A stretch of DNA of 34,342 bases, from the NCBI GenBank assembly GCA_031375605.1, contig JANMIB010000467.1, positions 1-34,342 of the forward strand, in the 5' to 3' direction. Of this stretch, positions 1 through 9,868 are shown one piece after another (the stretch's first letter is position 1; every line of letters starts with the position of its first letter). Under the pieces are notes generated by a model that ran no database searches, had not been told where the DNA came from, and was given only the letters and a program-made list of their open reading frames with translations. Origin of the DNA: Bosea sp. (in: a-proteobacteria) (GTDB taxonomy: Bacteria; Pseudomonadota; Alphaproteobacteria; Rhizobiales; Beijerinckiaceae). The position numbers and the translations under genes were made by a program.

Positions 1-72
1 GTGGGGCTGGACCAGACATTCCAGGTCTTCCTGGCCGCTGAACCAACACCCGAATCGTGTTTGGTCGGTTAA
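1..72 (+). CDS. 3' end of an unidentified gene entering the window (…VGLDQTFQVFLAAEPTPESCLVG*)
   Basis: Frame 1 is open from base 1 to TAA at 70-72, convergent with purL; too short to identify. Confidence 0.35.
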   Translation: MGLDQTFQVFLAAEPTPESCLVG

Positions 73-96
73 AGCCCGACAATGCCGCGGCAGGGG

Positions 97-2304
97 TCAG
101 CTCTTGCCACTCATATATGCCGGAAACCAGCTTTCATGGGCGCGGCTCAACTCATTCACCGATATTGGCTGTTCCGCGCCAAGCGTCAACGCATCGCCGC
201 CAACAGTGCCGATGATTGTGAGCGGAACACCTGTCTTTTGCGCAGCACTCTGGACAGATTTCGCCTGCGAGGGTGTGCAGGTCATGACATAGCGCGCCTG
301 ATCCTCGCCGAACAGAGCGCCGTGGGTTGGGCCAGGTGGCAAGGTTGTGACGGTTGCGCCGATCTTGCCGGCCATCGCCATCTCGGCCAAGGCCAGCGCA
401 AGCCCGCCATCGGAGCAATCATGCACGGCTGTGAGATGGCCAGCGCGGATCAACCCGCGCACCAGATCGCCATTGCGGCGTTCGGTGGCGAGATCGACCG
501 GCGGCGGAGCGCCCTCAGCCTTGCCACAGACATCGCGCAGGTAGATCGACTGGCCAAGCCAGCCACTTGTGTCACCAACCAGCATCACCACATCGCCAGC
601 CGCCTTGAAGGCCACGGTGGCGTGCTTGCTGACATCGGCCAACACGCCGACGCCGCCGATGGTGGGTGTCGGCAGGATGCCCTGGCCGTTGGTTTCGTTG
701 TAGAGCGAGACATTGCCGGACACGACCGGGAAATCGAGTGCGATGCAGGCTTCGCCGATACCCCTGATGCAGCCGACAAGCTGGCCCATGGCGTGCGGGC
801 GCTCCGGGTTGCCGAAGTTGAGGTTGTCTGTGATGGCAAGCGGGGTCGCGCCCACGGCTGTCAGGTTGCGCCAAGCCTCTGCCACTGCCTGCTTGCCGCC
901 CTCGACCGGGTCGGCCTCGCAATAGCGCGGGGTGACATCGCAGGTCATAGCCAGGCCCTTCGGACCGTCGCCGATGCGGATCAGGCCAGCATCGCCGCCG
1001 GGCGTGACCACGGAATTGCCGAGGATGAGGGTGTCATATTGCTCATAGACCCAGCGCTTGGAACACTGGTCGGGCGAGCCGACGAGCTTCAGCAGCGCAT
1101 CGCGGGTGGGCATGGGCGGCGTGACGGTGCTCGCCGCGATCATCGGCAGCTTGGGTGACGGTGTCCATGGGCGGTCATATTCAGGCGCTTCGTCGCCAAG
1201 TTCCTTGATCGGCATGTCGGCCATCACCTCGCCCTGGTGCTTGATGACGAAGCGCAAGCTGTCGGTGGTGTGGCCGATGACCGCGAAATCCAGCCCCCAT
1301 TTCCTGAAGATCGCTTCGGCCTCGGCTTCCTTGCCCGGTGTCAGCACCATGAGCATGCGCTCCTGGCTTTCGGACAACATCATCTCGTAGGCGCTCATGT
1401 GCGCTTCGCGGCACGGCACCTTGTCAAGATCGAGTTCGACCCCGAGATCGCCCTTTGCCCCCATCTCGACGGCAGAGCAGGTCAGACCTGCTGCGCCCAT
1501 GTCCTGAATGGCATCGACACAGCCCTTGGCCATGATTTCAAGGCAGGCCTCGAGCAGCAGCTTTTCTGCAAACGGATCACCGACCTGCACCGTCGGGCGC
1601 TTCTCGGCGGAGTTGTCGTCGAATTCGGCGGAGGCCATCGTGGCACCATGGATGCCGTCGCGTCCGGTCTTGGAGCCGAGATAAACGATGGCCTTGCCCA
1701 CGCCAGTCGCCTTGGCGAGGAAAATCGCATCGGTGCGCGCAATGCCCACCGCCATGGCGTTGACGAGGATATTGCCGTTGTAGCGCGCATCGAAGCCGAC
1801 CGAGCCGCCAACGGTCGGCACGCCGAACGAATTGCCATAGCCGCCGACACCGGCCACCACCCCTGCCACAAGCTGGCGCGTGCGCGGATGGTCCGGTGCG
1901 CCAAAGCGCAGCGCGTTGAGCACGGCGATGGGCCGCGCGCCCATGGTGAAGACATCGCGCAGGATGCCGCCAACCCCGGTGGTCGCGCCCTGGTAGGGCT
2001 CGATGAAGGACGGGTGGTTGTGGCTCTCCATCTTGAAGACGATGGCGTCACCATCGCCGATGTCGATCACACCGGCATTTTCACCTGGACCCTGCAACAC
2101 CCAGGGGGCTGTGGTCGGCAGGGTCTTGAGGTGTTTCTTCGAGGATTTGTAAGAACAATGCTCATTCCACATCGCCGAGACGATCCCCAGTTCGGTGATC
2201 GTCGGCTCTCGCCCCATCAGCTTGAGGAAACGGGCATACTCATCGGGTTTCAAGCCATGCTCGGCAATGAGTTGCGGCGTGATCTTGATGTCTTTGGCAA
2301 GCAC
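97..2304 (-). CDS. purL: Phosphoribosylformylglycinamidine synthase subunit PurL
   Basis: Motifs [50 protein letters not shown]. Start moved to GTG at 2304, which follows a GGAGA RBS. Confidence 0.97.
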   Translation of the reverse strand: MLAKDIKITPQLIAEHGLKPDEYARFLKLMGREPTITELGIVSAMWNEHCSYKSSKKHLKTLPTTAPWVLQGPGENAGVIDIGDGDAIVFKMESHNHPSFIEPYQGATTGVGGILRDVFTMGARPIAVLNALRFGAPDHPRTRQLVAGVVAGVGGYGNSFGVPTVGGSVGFDARYNGNILVNAMAVGIARTDAIFLAKATGVGKAIVYLGSKTGRDGIHGATMASAEFDDNSAEKRPTVQVGDPFAEKLLLEACLEIMAKGCVDAIQDMGAAGLTCSAVEMGAKGDLGVELDLDKVPCREAHMSAYEMMLSESQERMLMVLTPGKEAEAEAIFRKWGLDFAVIGHTTDSLRFVIKHQGEVMADMPIKELGDEAPEYDRPWTPSPKLPMIAASTVTPPMPTRDALLKLVGSPDQCSKRWVYEQYDTLILGNSVVTPGGDAGLIRIGDGPKGLAMTCDVTPRYCEADPVEGGKQAVAEAWRNLTAVGATPLAITDNLNFGNPERPHAMGQLVGCIRGIGEACIALDFPVVSGNVSLYNETNGQGILPTPTIGGVGVLADVSKHATVAFKAAGDVVMLVGDTSGWLGQSIYLRDVCGKAEGAPPPVDLATERRNGDLVRGLIRAGHLTAVHDCSDGGLALALAEMAMAGKIGATVTTLPPGPTHGALFGEDQARYVMTCTPSQAKSVQSAAQKTGVPLTIIGTVGGDALTLGAEQPISVNELSRAHESWFPAYMSGKS

Positions 2305-2345
2305 GGTGTTCTCCACTGAAGTGGCTTTGTCACAGCTGACGGCGA

Positions 2346-2436
2346 GTGTCCCACTGTGGAACAGCTGTTTCCTTTCGGGGCAATAGCCTGCTCCATCGTG
2401 CGACACAATCCGCCGTTTGGTGCCAGAATGGGACAC
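2346..2436. promoter_or_regulatory. Two inverted copies of a 17-bp quasi-palindromic motif; candidate activator/repressor sites
   Basis: GTGTCCCACTGTGGAAC (2346-2362, +) and GTGTCCCATTCTGGCAC (2420-2436, -) share 14/17 positions in the purL/tadG divergent region. Confidence 0.4.
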
Positions 2437-2444
2437 CTCATGGC

Positions 2445-2460
2445 TGGCAGGAGACTTGCT
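2445..2460 (+). promoter_or_regulatory. Putative sigma54 (-24/-12) promoter of the TadG-like gene
   Basis: TGGCAGGAGACTTGCT versus consensus TGGCACG-N4-TTGCW; exact GG..GC spacing, 45 bp upstream of the ATG. Confidence 0.6.
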
Positions 2461-2504
2461 GATGCGGTTGCACAGCTTTTCGCTGCACCATCAGGAGCCT
2501 TCCC

Positions 2505-3938
2505 ATGAAAAGTGCATGGACATTGACCCGCAAGATCAAGCGCTTCGCGCAGGACGAGCGCGGCGCCGTGGCCTTGATCTTCGGCCTCTCCCTCATACCC
2601 GTCATGGGGTTGACAGGTGCCGCGGTGGATTATTCAAGGGCTTCGCTGGTCCGCACCGAACTGCAGGCTGCAACTGATGCGACAGCACTTGCGCTTGCGA
2701 AGGATTCGGTCACGGCAACCACAGCGGAGATCAACGCGCGGGCAGCCGCCGTGTTCAACGCCAACTTCCAGGGCCGGTTCTCCAGCCAGGTCCAATCGAT
2801 GACCGTGACCAAGCTGAGCGACCGGTTCCGCGTCGAAGCGCGGGCACGTGTCGATTTCACCATGATGCAGCTGTTGGGGCCAACCAGCACCGATGTCAGT
2901 GCAACGGCTGTTTCCGGCTGGGCCATCAACAAGATCGAGATCGCCCTTGCACTGGACAACACCGGCTCGATGGGCTGGAGCAACAAGATGGTCGAGCTGA
3001 AGAAGGCGCTGTGCGGTGACACGACCTGTTCGAACACCAATCCGACAGCCGGCTTCATCAAGGAAATGCGATCCGCTGCTGTCGTGAACGACCAGATCCG
3101 CATCGCGCTCGTGCCGTTCGACACCACCGTGCGCGTGCCGCTGATCTTCCAGACCGCCTTCCGAAACGGAACGCCGATTGCCGACACCTTCAGCTATACC
3201 GGCGCCGGATACTGCAACGCCAACCCGACGACCGCTGCACGCGTGTCATGGACGCTGTCAGGCGTGCCATCGACATCATGGTTCCGGTTGGCATCTCGCG
3301 ATAAGGATACCACGGCGGCAAGCAGCGGTTGCGGCACTGGCCGTGTCGTTCGCACGACGTGGAATGGGTGTGTCTGGGATCGTGACCAGGACAGCAACCG
3401 CGACATTCGTCCATCCGGTGTCGACACAACCGATGTCCGCACGCTTTACTCTGCCGTGAATTGCCGCTCAAACAACCTTGCCCGCATGGCACCGCTCGTC
3501 GATGTGCGCACCAACTCGGCGTCGCTCATCACTGCGCTGGCGACGATGCAGCCATCCGGCAACACCAACGTCACCATCGGGGCCACTTGGGGTGTCAACA
3601 TGCTCAGCCCAGGCGCGCCGATGAGCACGGCCATTCCTGCCGAGCCCAATCTCAGCCGGATCATGATCCTGCTGACGGACGGTGACAACACCGAGAACCG
3701 GACAACCGGCGGTTCAAGCTCCATCGATGCCCGCACCCGGCTTGCCTGCGCCAACGCCAAGGCACCCGGTCAAGACATCGAGGTCTATGCCGTGCGCGTG
3801 ATCGAGGGCAACCGCGACCTGCTGCGCGAGTGCGCCTCCGGCCCCTCGAACTATTACGAAGTGGCCGATGCTTCACAGCTGGACGAGGTGTTCAAGAGCA
3901 TTGCCAGGAAAATCAACGGCATCCGCCTCACCAACTGA
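2505..3938 (+). CDS. TadG/CpaL-like Flp-pilus pseudopilin with vWA domain
   Basis: Prepilin-like leader RFAQDERG|AVALIFGLSLIPV, Tad motif GAAVDYSRA..ELQAATDA, MIDAS-like LALDNTGSM…GNTN…LLTDGDN, C-terminal YYEVADASQLDEVFKSIA; AGGAG RBS. Confidence 0.88.
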   Translation: MKSAWTLTRKIKRFAQDERGAVALIFGLSLIPVMGLTGAAVDYSRASLVRTELQAATDATALALAKDSVTATTAEINARAAAVFNANFQGRFSSQVQSMTVTKLSDRFRVEARARVDFTMMQLLGPTSTDVSATAVSGWAINKIEIALALDNTGSMGWSNKMVELKKALCGDTTCSNTNPTAGFIKEMRSAAVVNDQIRIALVPFDTTVRVPLIFQTAFRNGTPIADTFSYTGAGYCNANPTTAARVSWTLSGVPSTSWFRLASRDKDTTAASSGCGTGRVVRTTWNGCVWDRDQDSNRDIRPSGVDTTDVRTLYSAVNCRSNNLARMAPLVDVRTNSASLITALATMQPSGNTNVTIGATWGVNMLSPGAPMSTAIPAEPNLSRIMILLTDGDNTENRTTGGSSSIDARTRLACANAKAPGQDIEVYAVRVIEGNRDLLRECASGPSNYYEVADASQLDEVFKSIARKINGIRLTN

Positions 3939-3949
3939 TCACGGTTGGC

Positions 3950-3979
3950 AAAAAGGCCCCGCTATGGCGGGGCCTTTTT
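3950..3979. terminator. Bidirectional rho-independent terminator
   Basis: AAAAA-GGCCCCGC-TATG-GCGGGGCC-TTTTT perfect hairpin with A/T tails between convergent genes. Confidence 0.92.
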
Positions 3980-3986
3980 CGATTCT

Positions 3987-5315
3987 TCAAACCTCACGTT
4001 TGTCGAGATAGCGGTAATAGGGCAGGGCTAGCGGAGCGATGCGCCTGATCAGGGGCTGGAGTGCCCTTGGTGCCGGTTCGGAAAACGGCAGGCCCAGTTC
4101 GTTCTCAGGCGTGCCCTGGATGGCTTTTGCGATCTCTCGTCCGAGGATGACCGACAGGGCCACACCGCGGCCATTGCAGCCTGCCCAGGCATAACCGGAT
4201 GGCTCGAGCCGGTGAAACTTCGGGAAGCCCGGTATTTCAGGGCGGAGCAGGTTCTCCGGCGTCATGCCCACGTAGCCGCTCCAGACATGGTCGATCTCGA
4301 CCTCGCCGAGTTGCGGCCACAGGCGCTTCAGCCGTTCGGCGGTATGGCGCGCGACATTGACGCCGCCTGGGCCGGGCGCGATGGCGGCCCCGCCGGTGAT
4401 CAGCCGTCCGCGCGCATCCCAACGCGCAAAATAAAGCTCGCGATGTGTATCGGACATGGCCTGCCGGGCAGGGATGATACTTTTGCGGACATTGTCGCTG
4501 ATGGGTTTCGTTGACATCTGCCACGAGCGCATCGGGATCACCTCGGCAGCGATGGCGGGCATCAGACCGGGTGCGAACTCGCCCGTATAGGCATTCGTGG
4601 CCAGCACGAGCGCTGACGCCTTGACGCTGCCGGTCCTGGTGGACACCTTCCAGTCCTGATTGTCACGGACATATCCCGTCACAGGCGACCTTGTGTAGAT
4701 CCGCACGCCCATGGCCACGGCGACACCGGCCAGCCCCCGTGCCAGTGCCAGCGGGTTAATGTGTCCGCCCGAGCTGTTGGACATGCCGCCAAACCATGCG
4801 GTTGAGCCCAGCGTGTCGGCCATGGCCCTGCCATCCAGCAGTGTGACTGGCGCGCCAAGCGCTTCCCATTCGCGCACACGGGCCTCCGCGCGCTTCATCC
4901 GGCCGGGAGAATGGGCGGGCTGGACCCAGCCGCTTTGTTCGGCTTCTGCGGGAATGGCGTGACGCCTGACAAGGTCGAACAGATAGCCTGCACTGTCGCG
5001 GACCAGAAGGTTGAAGCGCTCGCCAGCCTCGCCATGACGCTTCACGACAGCGGATGGATCGTGGCCCGACAAGGTGGGGATCACCTGCCCGTTGTTGCGG
5101 CCCGATGCGCCCCAGCCGGGTTCGGCAGCTTCAACAACCACAACATCGAGCCCGGCTTCGCGCAGGTGGATCGCCGTCGACAACCCGGTGAAACCCGCGC
5201 CGATCACGACAACATCCGCACTCTCATGGCTGTCGAGGCTAGGCAATTCAGCCACCGGCGGCGACACGGATGCCCACAGGGATGGTGGCCAGACAACCGG
5301 CGAGGCAACATTCAT
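3987..5315 (-). CDS. FAD-dependent amine/amino-acid oxidoreductase (DAO/DadA family, PuuB/OrdL-like)
   Basis: DVVVIGAGFTGLSTA dinucleotide fold, GASGRNNGQ, LVLATNAY, VWSG, GCNGRGVA. Confidence 0.9.
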   Translation of the reverse strand: MNVASPVVWPPSLWASVSPPVAELPSLDSHESADVVVIGAGFTGLSTAIHLREAGLDVVVVEAAEPGWGASGRNNGQVIPTLSGHDPSAVVKRHGEAGERFNLLVRDSAGYLFDLVRRHAIPAEAEQSGWVQPAHSPGRMKRAEARVREWEALGAPVTLLDGRAMADTLGSTAWFGGMSNSSGGHINPLALARGLAGVAVAMGVRIYTRSPVTGYVRDNQDWKVSTRTGSVKASALVLATNAYTGEFAPGLMPAIAAEVIPMRSWQMSTKPISDNVRKSIIPARQAMSDTHRELYFARWDARGRLITGGAAIAPGPGGVNVARHTAERLKRLWPQLGEVEIDHVWSGYVGMTPENLLRPEIPGFPKFHRLEPSGYAWAGCNGRGVALSVILGREIAKAIQGTPENELGLPFSEPAPRALQPLIRRIAPLALPYYRYLDKREV

Positions 5316-5490
5316 CGTTTGGCCATCCTTGGTGCTGGTTGGGGTTGCTCGAAAGATAAGCGCAGCAATCGGCCCAATGGCAAGTCAACCCGCTTCGATC
5401 TGGCGGCATGGCAACACGTCAGCAGACGCAGTTGCAGTTCGCCTCCACTTAGGCTCAACTCGCAGATCCAAGGCCATCGTGGAGATCGGC

Positions 5491-6345
5491 ATGCCGCTCA
5501 AGAGTGTTGTTGGTGTTGACCATATCGTTGTGGCCGTGCGTGATCTCGATCAGGCCGCCGGTGCCTGGGCATCGCTTGGTTTCACCATGTCGCCAAGGGG
5601 AACGCATTCCGCTCACCTCGGCACCGGCAATTACACCACGATGTTTGGCGATGATTATGTCGAATTGCTGGGCGTCCTGCACGAGACCGACCAGAACTTG
5701 CCGACGCAGGCCTTCCTGAAAAACCGCGAGGGCATCGAGCGCACAGCCTTCACCGCCCTTGATGCTGACGCCGGAGTTGCCGAACTGCGCTCACACGGGC
5801 TTGAGCCGCTTGGTCCGGTTCATTTCAACCGCCCTGTCACCATGCCGGACGGCTCGACCGACGAGGCGCGCTTTTCGGTGTTTCGCTGGCCACTCAGCGA
5901 GGCGCCCGGCGGGATGCGCATCTTTGCCTGCCAGCACCACACGCGCCACACGGTCTGGATCCCGTCGATCCAATCCCATGCCAACGGTGCATCGCGCATC
6001 ATCCGCATCGAGGTGCTGGACAAGGCGCCCGAAGCTGCGGCGGCCCATATGTCCCGCCTGATCGACCAGCCGGTGATCGCGGAGCCCGATGGCGCGTTCC
6101 GGGTGCCGTCCGGGGGCACGCGGGCCGACTTTGTCTTTCTGGACCATGCCGTCTTGAGCAAACGCTACCCGGCGGCAGCCCTCGCCGGTCTGCCGGCACA
6201 GGGGGCTGTGGGTCTTGTTCTTGGCACACGTGATGCAAGTGCTGCGGCACGCGCCATCGGGCCGGATGCCATCACGGAACATGGCCGAACCATCGCACCT
6301 GCGAGCATTGCCACCGGGGTGGTGGTGTCGTTCATTCAATCCTGA
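5491..6345 (+). CDS. VOC / glyoxalase-like family protein (Glyoxalase_3 type)
   Basis: GVDHIVVAVRDL…LGF…PRGTH…GTGN…DYVELLG and HANGA motifs; ATG 5491 after GGAGA. The longer ORF from 5074 overlaps the divergent gene. Confidence 0.88.
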   Translation: MPLKSVVGVDHIVVAVRDLDQAAGAWASLGFTMSPRGTHSAHLGTGNYTTMFGDDYVELLGVLHETDQNLPTQAFLKNREGIERTAFTALDADAGVAELRSHGLEPLGPVHFNRPVTMPDGSTDEARFSVFRWPLSEAPGGMRIFACQHHTRHTVWIPSIQSHANGASRIIRIEVLDKAPEAAAAHMSRLIDQPVIAEPDGAFRVPSGGTRADFVFLDHAVLSKRYPAAALAGLPAQGAVGLVLGTRDASAAARAIGPDAITEHGRTIAPASIATGVVVSFIQS

Positions 6346-6420
6346 CACGTCTTGCGGAGCACTCCGCTGGCCTGACCTGATCCATCTTTTTGCCATCACG
6401 ATCCGAACTGGAGGCTTTCC

Positions 6421-8019
6421 ATGGACATGACCCGCCGCGCCGCGCTGATGACATCTGCGGCCATCGCCACGAGTGTTCTGTTCCCGGAGGGCGCAAGCGC
6501 ACAGGACACGCCGCGCCGTGGCGGCATCTTCACGGTCCACTACGCCACAGAGCAGCGCATCCTCAACCCGTCGCTGCAGGCTTCGACCGGCGTTTACATC
6601 GTCGGCTCGAAAATGCAGGAGCCGCTGGTCGATCTGGATGCGCAGGGCCAGCCCGTGCCATGCCTCGCCGAAAGCTGGGAGCACTCGGCTGACAGCATGA
6701 CCCACGTGTTCCGCCTCAGGCGCGGTGTGACCTGGCATGATGGCAAGCCGTTCACATCTGCCGACGTGCAGTTCACCGCCATGGAGATGTGGAAGAAAAT
6801 CCTCAACTACGGCACCACGCTGCAGCAATTCCTGACCGAGGTGCAGACACCTGATCCGCATACGGCGATCTTCAAGTATTCGCGCCCGATGCCAGCAGGC
6901 CTCCTGCTGCGCGCCATGCCGGATCTGGGACACATTTCGCCAAAGCATGTGTTCGAAACCGGCGACATTCGCCAGAACCCGGCCAACACCGCGCCCATCG
7001 GCACAGGCCCGTTCAAGTTCGTGCAGTACGAGCGTGGCCAGTTCATCATCGCGGACCGCAACCCGAATTACTGGCGCGAGAACCGCCCTTATCTCGACCG
7101 CATCGTCTGGCGGGTGGTTGGTGACCGGGCTGCGGCTGCGGCACAGCTTGAGTCGGGCCAGCTCATGTTCTCGCCGCTGTCCTCGCTGGCGATCTCGGAC
7201 ATGCAAAGGCTCGGTCGCGATCCGCGCTTCGAGGTCACGACCCGTGGCAATGAGGGCAATGCCCGCACCAACACGCTCGAATTCAACTTCCGCACGCCGC
7301 AGATGGCGGACATCCGGGTGCGCAAGGCCATCGCACATGCGCTCAACGTGCCGTTCTTCATCGAGAATTTCCTTGGCCCCTTCGCCAAGCTGGGAACCGG
7401 CCCGATCCCGACCACCTCGCCGGATTACTATCCCGCTGGCATGCCGCAATACGGTTTCGACAAGGCGCTGGCCGAAAAGCTGCTTGATGAGGCAGGGCAT
7501 CGGCGCGGAGCCGGGGGCGTGCGCTTTCAGGTCCGGCTTTTGCCCGCGCCCTGGGGAGAGGACATCGCGCTGTGGGCGACGTATATCCAGCAGTCGCTGG
7601 GCGAGGTCGGCATCCGCGTCGAGATTGTCCGCAACGATGCCGCCGGCTTCCTGCGTTCGGTTTACAATGATCACGCCTTTGATCTGGCCACCGGATGGCA
7701 TCAGTATCGCTCAGATCCTGCCGTCTCGACGACCGTCTGGTACAGGACCGGCTCGCCCAAGGGTGCGCCCTGGACAAACCAGTGGGGCAACACCGACGAT
7801 GTGCTCGACAAGATGATCGATGATGCGGCCACCGAAATCGATCCGGCCAAGCGCAAGGCGCTGTATGCCGATTTTGTCAGGCGCGCCAACACCGAGTTGC
7901 CGATCTGGATGCCGATCGAGCAGATCTTCGTCAGCGTGATCAACCGCCGGGCGCGGGGCCATTCCAACATGCCGCGCTGGTCCTCATCGTCCTGGCATGA
8001 TCTGTGGCTGGCTTCGTGA
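6421..8019 (+). CDS. ABC transporter substrate-binding protein, family 5 (DppA/OppA/NikA-like), Tat-exported
   Basis: TRRAALM Tat signal, LAESWE, FRLRRGVTWHDGKPFTSADV, PIGTGPFK, RNPNYW; GGAGG RBS. Confidence 0.95.
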   Translation: MDMTRRAALMTSAAIATSVLFPEGASAQDTPRRGGIFTVHYATEQRILNPSLQASTGVYIVGSKMQEPLVDLDAQGQPVPCLAESWEHSADSMTHVFRLRRGVTWHDGKPFTSADVQFTAMEMWKKILNYGTTLQQFLTEVQTPDPHTAIFKYSRPMPAGLLLRAMPDLGHISPKHVFETGDIRQNPANTAPIGTGPFKFVQYERGQFIIADRNPNYWRENRPYLDRIVWRVVGDRAAAAAQLESGQLMFSPLSSLAISDMQRLGRDPRFEVTTRGNEGNARTNTLEFNFRTPQMADIRVRKAIAHALNVPFFIENFLGPFAKLGTGPIPTTSPDYYPAGMPQYGFDKALAEKLLDEAGHRRGAGGVRFQVRLLPAPWGEDIALWATYIQQSLGEVGIRVEIVRNDAAGFLRSVYNDHAFDLATGWHQYRSDPAVSTTVWYRTGSPKGAPWTNQWGNTDDVLDKMIDDAATEIDPAKRKALYADFVRRANTELPIWMPIEQIFVSVINRRARGHSNMPRWSSSSWHDLWLAS

Positions 8020-8055
8020 GCAGGGGCCCGCTCACCTGCCAGGATCATTGACTTC

Positions 8056-9033
8056 ATGCGCATTCTCTCCCTTGCGCTGAAGCGTCTTGCAGCGTCGCTG
8101 CCGACGCTGGTGTTCATCCTGGTCGGCATGTTCCTGCTGCTGAAGCTGGCACCCGGCGACACGGTGGATGCGCTGCTGGCCCAGATGGGCGGAGCCGACG
8201 CCAACGTGGCTGCTGACCTGCGCAGCTTTTACGGGCTCGACATGTCGGTGGCGGCCCAGCTTGGCAACTATCTGTGGCGCCTGGTCCGGTTCGATCTGGG
8301 GTTCTCGGCGATCTACGGCAAGCCGGTCGCCACCGTGATCGTCGAGCGCCTGCCCGCGACCTTGCTGCTGATGATCTCTGCCTTGTCGTTCGCCTTCTTC
8401 TTCGGGCTGGTTCTCGGCGTGCTGGCCGCACGGCGGGTCAACCGCTGGCCCGATACGCTGATCTCGACCGTCGGGCTGATCTTTTATGCGACGCCATCCT
8501 TCTGGTTCGGGCTGATGGCCATCGTCGTCTTCTCCGTCTACCTGCAATGGCTTCCTGCCGGCGGCTTCGAGGACATCACGACGGGCCATGTGGGGCTTGC
8601 CCGTACGCTCGACATCGCCCGCCACCTGATCTTGCCGACGCTGACGCTCGGGCTGATTTTCCTCGCGATCTATCTCCGGATCATGCGCGCTTCGATGCTT
8701 GAAGTGCTCAATCTCGATTTCGTCCGCACGGCCCGCTCAAAGGGGCTGGACGAAACCCGCATCGTCACGCGCCATGTGTTGCGCAATGCGCTCTTGCCAA
8801 TGGTGACACTGATCGGGCTTCAGGCCGGGACCATGCTGGGCGGTTCGGTGGTGGTCGAGAGCGTGTTCTCGCTGCCGGGCCTTGGGCGGCTCGCCTATGA
8901 GGCGGTCGTGCAGCGCGATCTCAACACGCTGCTCGGCATCGTCTTCATCTCGGCTCTACTGGTGATCATCATCAATTTCCTGGTCGATCTGGTCTATGCA
9001 AGGCTTGATCCGCGCATTGCTGGCGGGGGTTGA
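8056..9033 (+). CDS. ABC transporter permease (DppB/OppB-like)
   Basis: APGD, DLGFS…PV…ERLPAT, EAA loop DFVRTARSKGL…HVLRNAL, DLVYARLDPRI. Confidence 0.95.
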   Translation: MRILSLALKRLAASLPTLVFILVGMFLLLKLAPGDTVDALLAQMGGADANVAADLRSFYGLDMSVAAQLGNYLWRLVRFDLGFSAIYGKPVATVIVERLPATLLLMISALSFAFFFGLVLGVLAARRVNRWPDTLISTVGLIFYATPSFWFGLMAIVVFSVYLQWLPAGGFEDITTGHVGLARTLDIARHLILPTLTLGLIFLAIYLRIMRASMLEVLNLDFVRTARSKGLDETRIVTRHVLRNALLPMVTLIGLQAGTMLGGSVVVESVFSLPGLGRLAYEAVVQRDLNTLLGIVFISALLVIIINFLVDLVYARLDPRIAGGG

Positions 9034-9037
9034 GGTG

Positions 9038-9868
9038 ATGACCCTGTTGCGTGCGTATTGCCGAAGCCCTTCGGCTGTTGCCGGATTGCTGCTGCTGGCA
9101 CTGGTGGTGGTGATGGCAACCACAGCCGGGTGGCTGTTCCCGCGCGATCCGCTGGCGCTGGCGGGGCGGCCGCTGGTCTGGCCCGGAGACAATCCGCGCT
9201 TTTATCTCGGCACCGACAACTCTGGCCGTGACATCGCAGCGCAGATTTTCCACGGTGCCCGCATATCTCTCCTGATCGGTCTGGTCGCGACCTCGATCGC
9301 CATTGTCATCGGCGTCGTGATCGGGGCCATCTCCGGCTATTATGGCGGCTGGGTCGACACGGCGCTGATGCGTGTGACGGAAGCCTTCCAGACCTTGCCG
9401 AATTTCCTGCTGCTGCTCGTTCTGGTCGCGGTGTTCGGCTCCAACCTGATGACCGTGACCATTGCCATTGGTGTCGTCTCATGGCCCGCACCGGCGCGGC
9501 TGACGCGGGCAGAGTTCCTGTCGTTTCGCAATCGCGAATTCGTGCAGGCCTGCCGCACGCTGGGCATGAAGGACCGGCAGATCATCTTCCGCGAGATCCT
9601 GCCCAATGCCCTGCCGCCTGTGATTGTCTATGCTTCAGTCGTGATGGCGGTGGCGATCCTGCTCGAAAGCGCGCTGGCGTTCCTGCGTCTGTCAGACCCG
9701 AATGTGGCCTCCTGGGGCAACCTGATCGGGCTGGGCCGCGATGTGCTGCGCATCCAGTGGTATGTCTCGGCCATTCCGGGCCTGGCCATCCTGCTGACAG
9801 TGCTGGCTGTGTCTCTCGTTGGGCAGGGGCTGAATGACGCGCTCAACCCAAGGCTCAAGGGCCGATGA
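9038..9868 (+). CDS. ABC transporter permease (DppC/OppC-like)
   Basis: LGTDNSGRD…HGARISL, REFVQACRTLG…EILPN, GLNDALNP; ATG 9038 after GAGG. Confidence 0.95.
   Translation: MTLLRAYCRSPSAVAGLLLLALVVVMATTAGWLFPRDPLALAGRPLVWPGDNPRFYLGTDNSGRDIAAQIFHGARISLLIGLVATSIAIVIGVVIGAISGYYGGWVDTALMRVTEAFQTLPNFLLLLVLVAVFGSNLMTVTIAIGVVSWPAPARLTRAEFLSFRNREFVQACRTLGMKDRQIIFREILPNALPPVIVYASVVMAVAILLESALAFLRLSDPNVASWGNLIGLGRDVLRIQWYVSAIPGLAILLTVLAVSLVGQGLNDALNPRLKGR

Noticed and set aside
5074-5490. N-terminal extension of the VOC ORF
   Set aside because: Overlaps the divergent oxidoreductase; a good RBS and ATG lie at 5491
5791-7701. 636-aa minus-strand ORF, and similar long antisense ORFs over purL, pgk, tkt, pyk and clpB
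   Set aside because: Stop-poor shadow frames typical of high-GC coding DNA; no recognisable motifs
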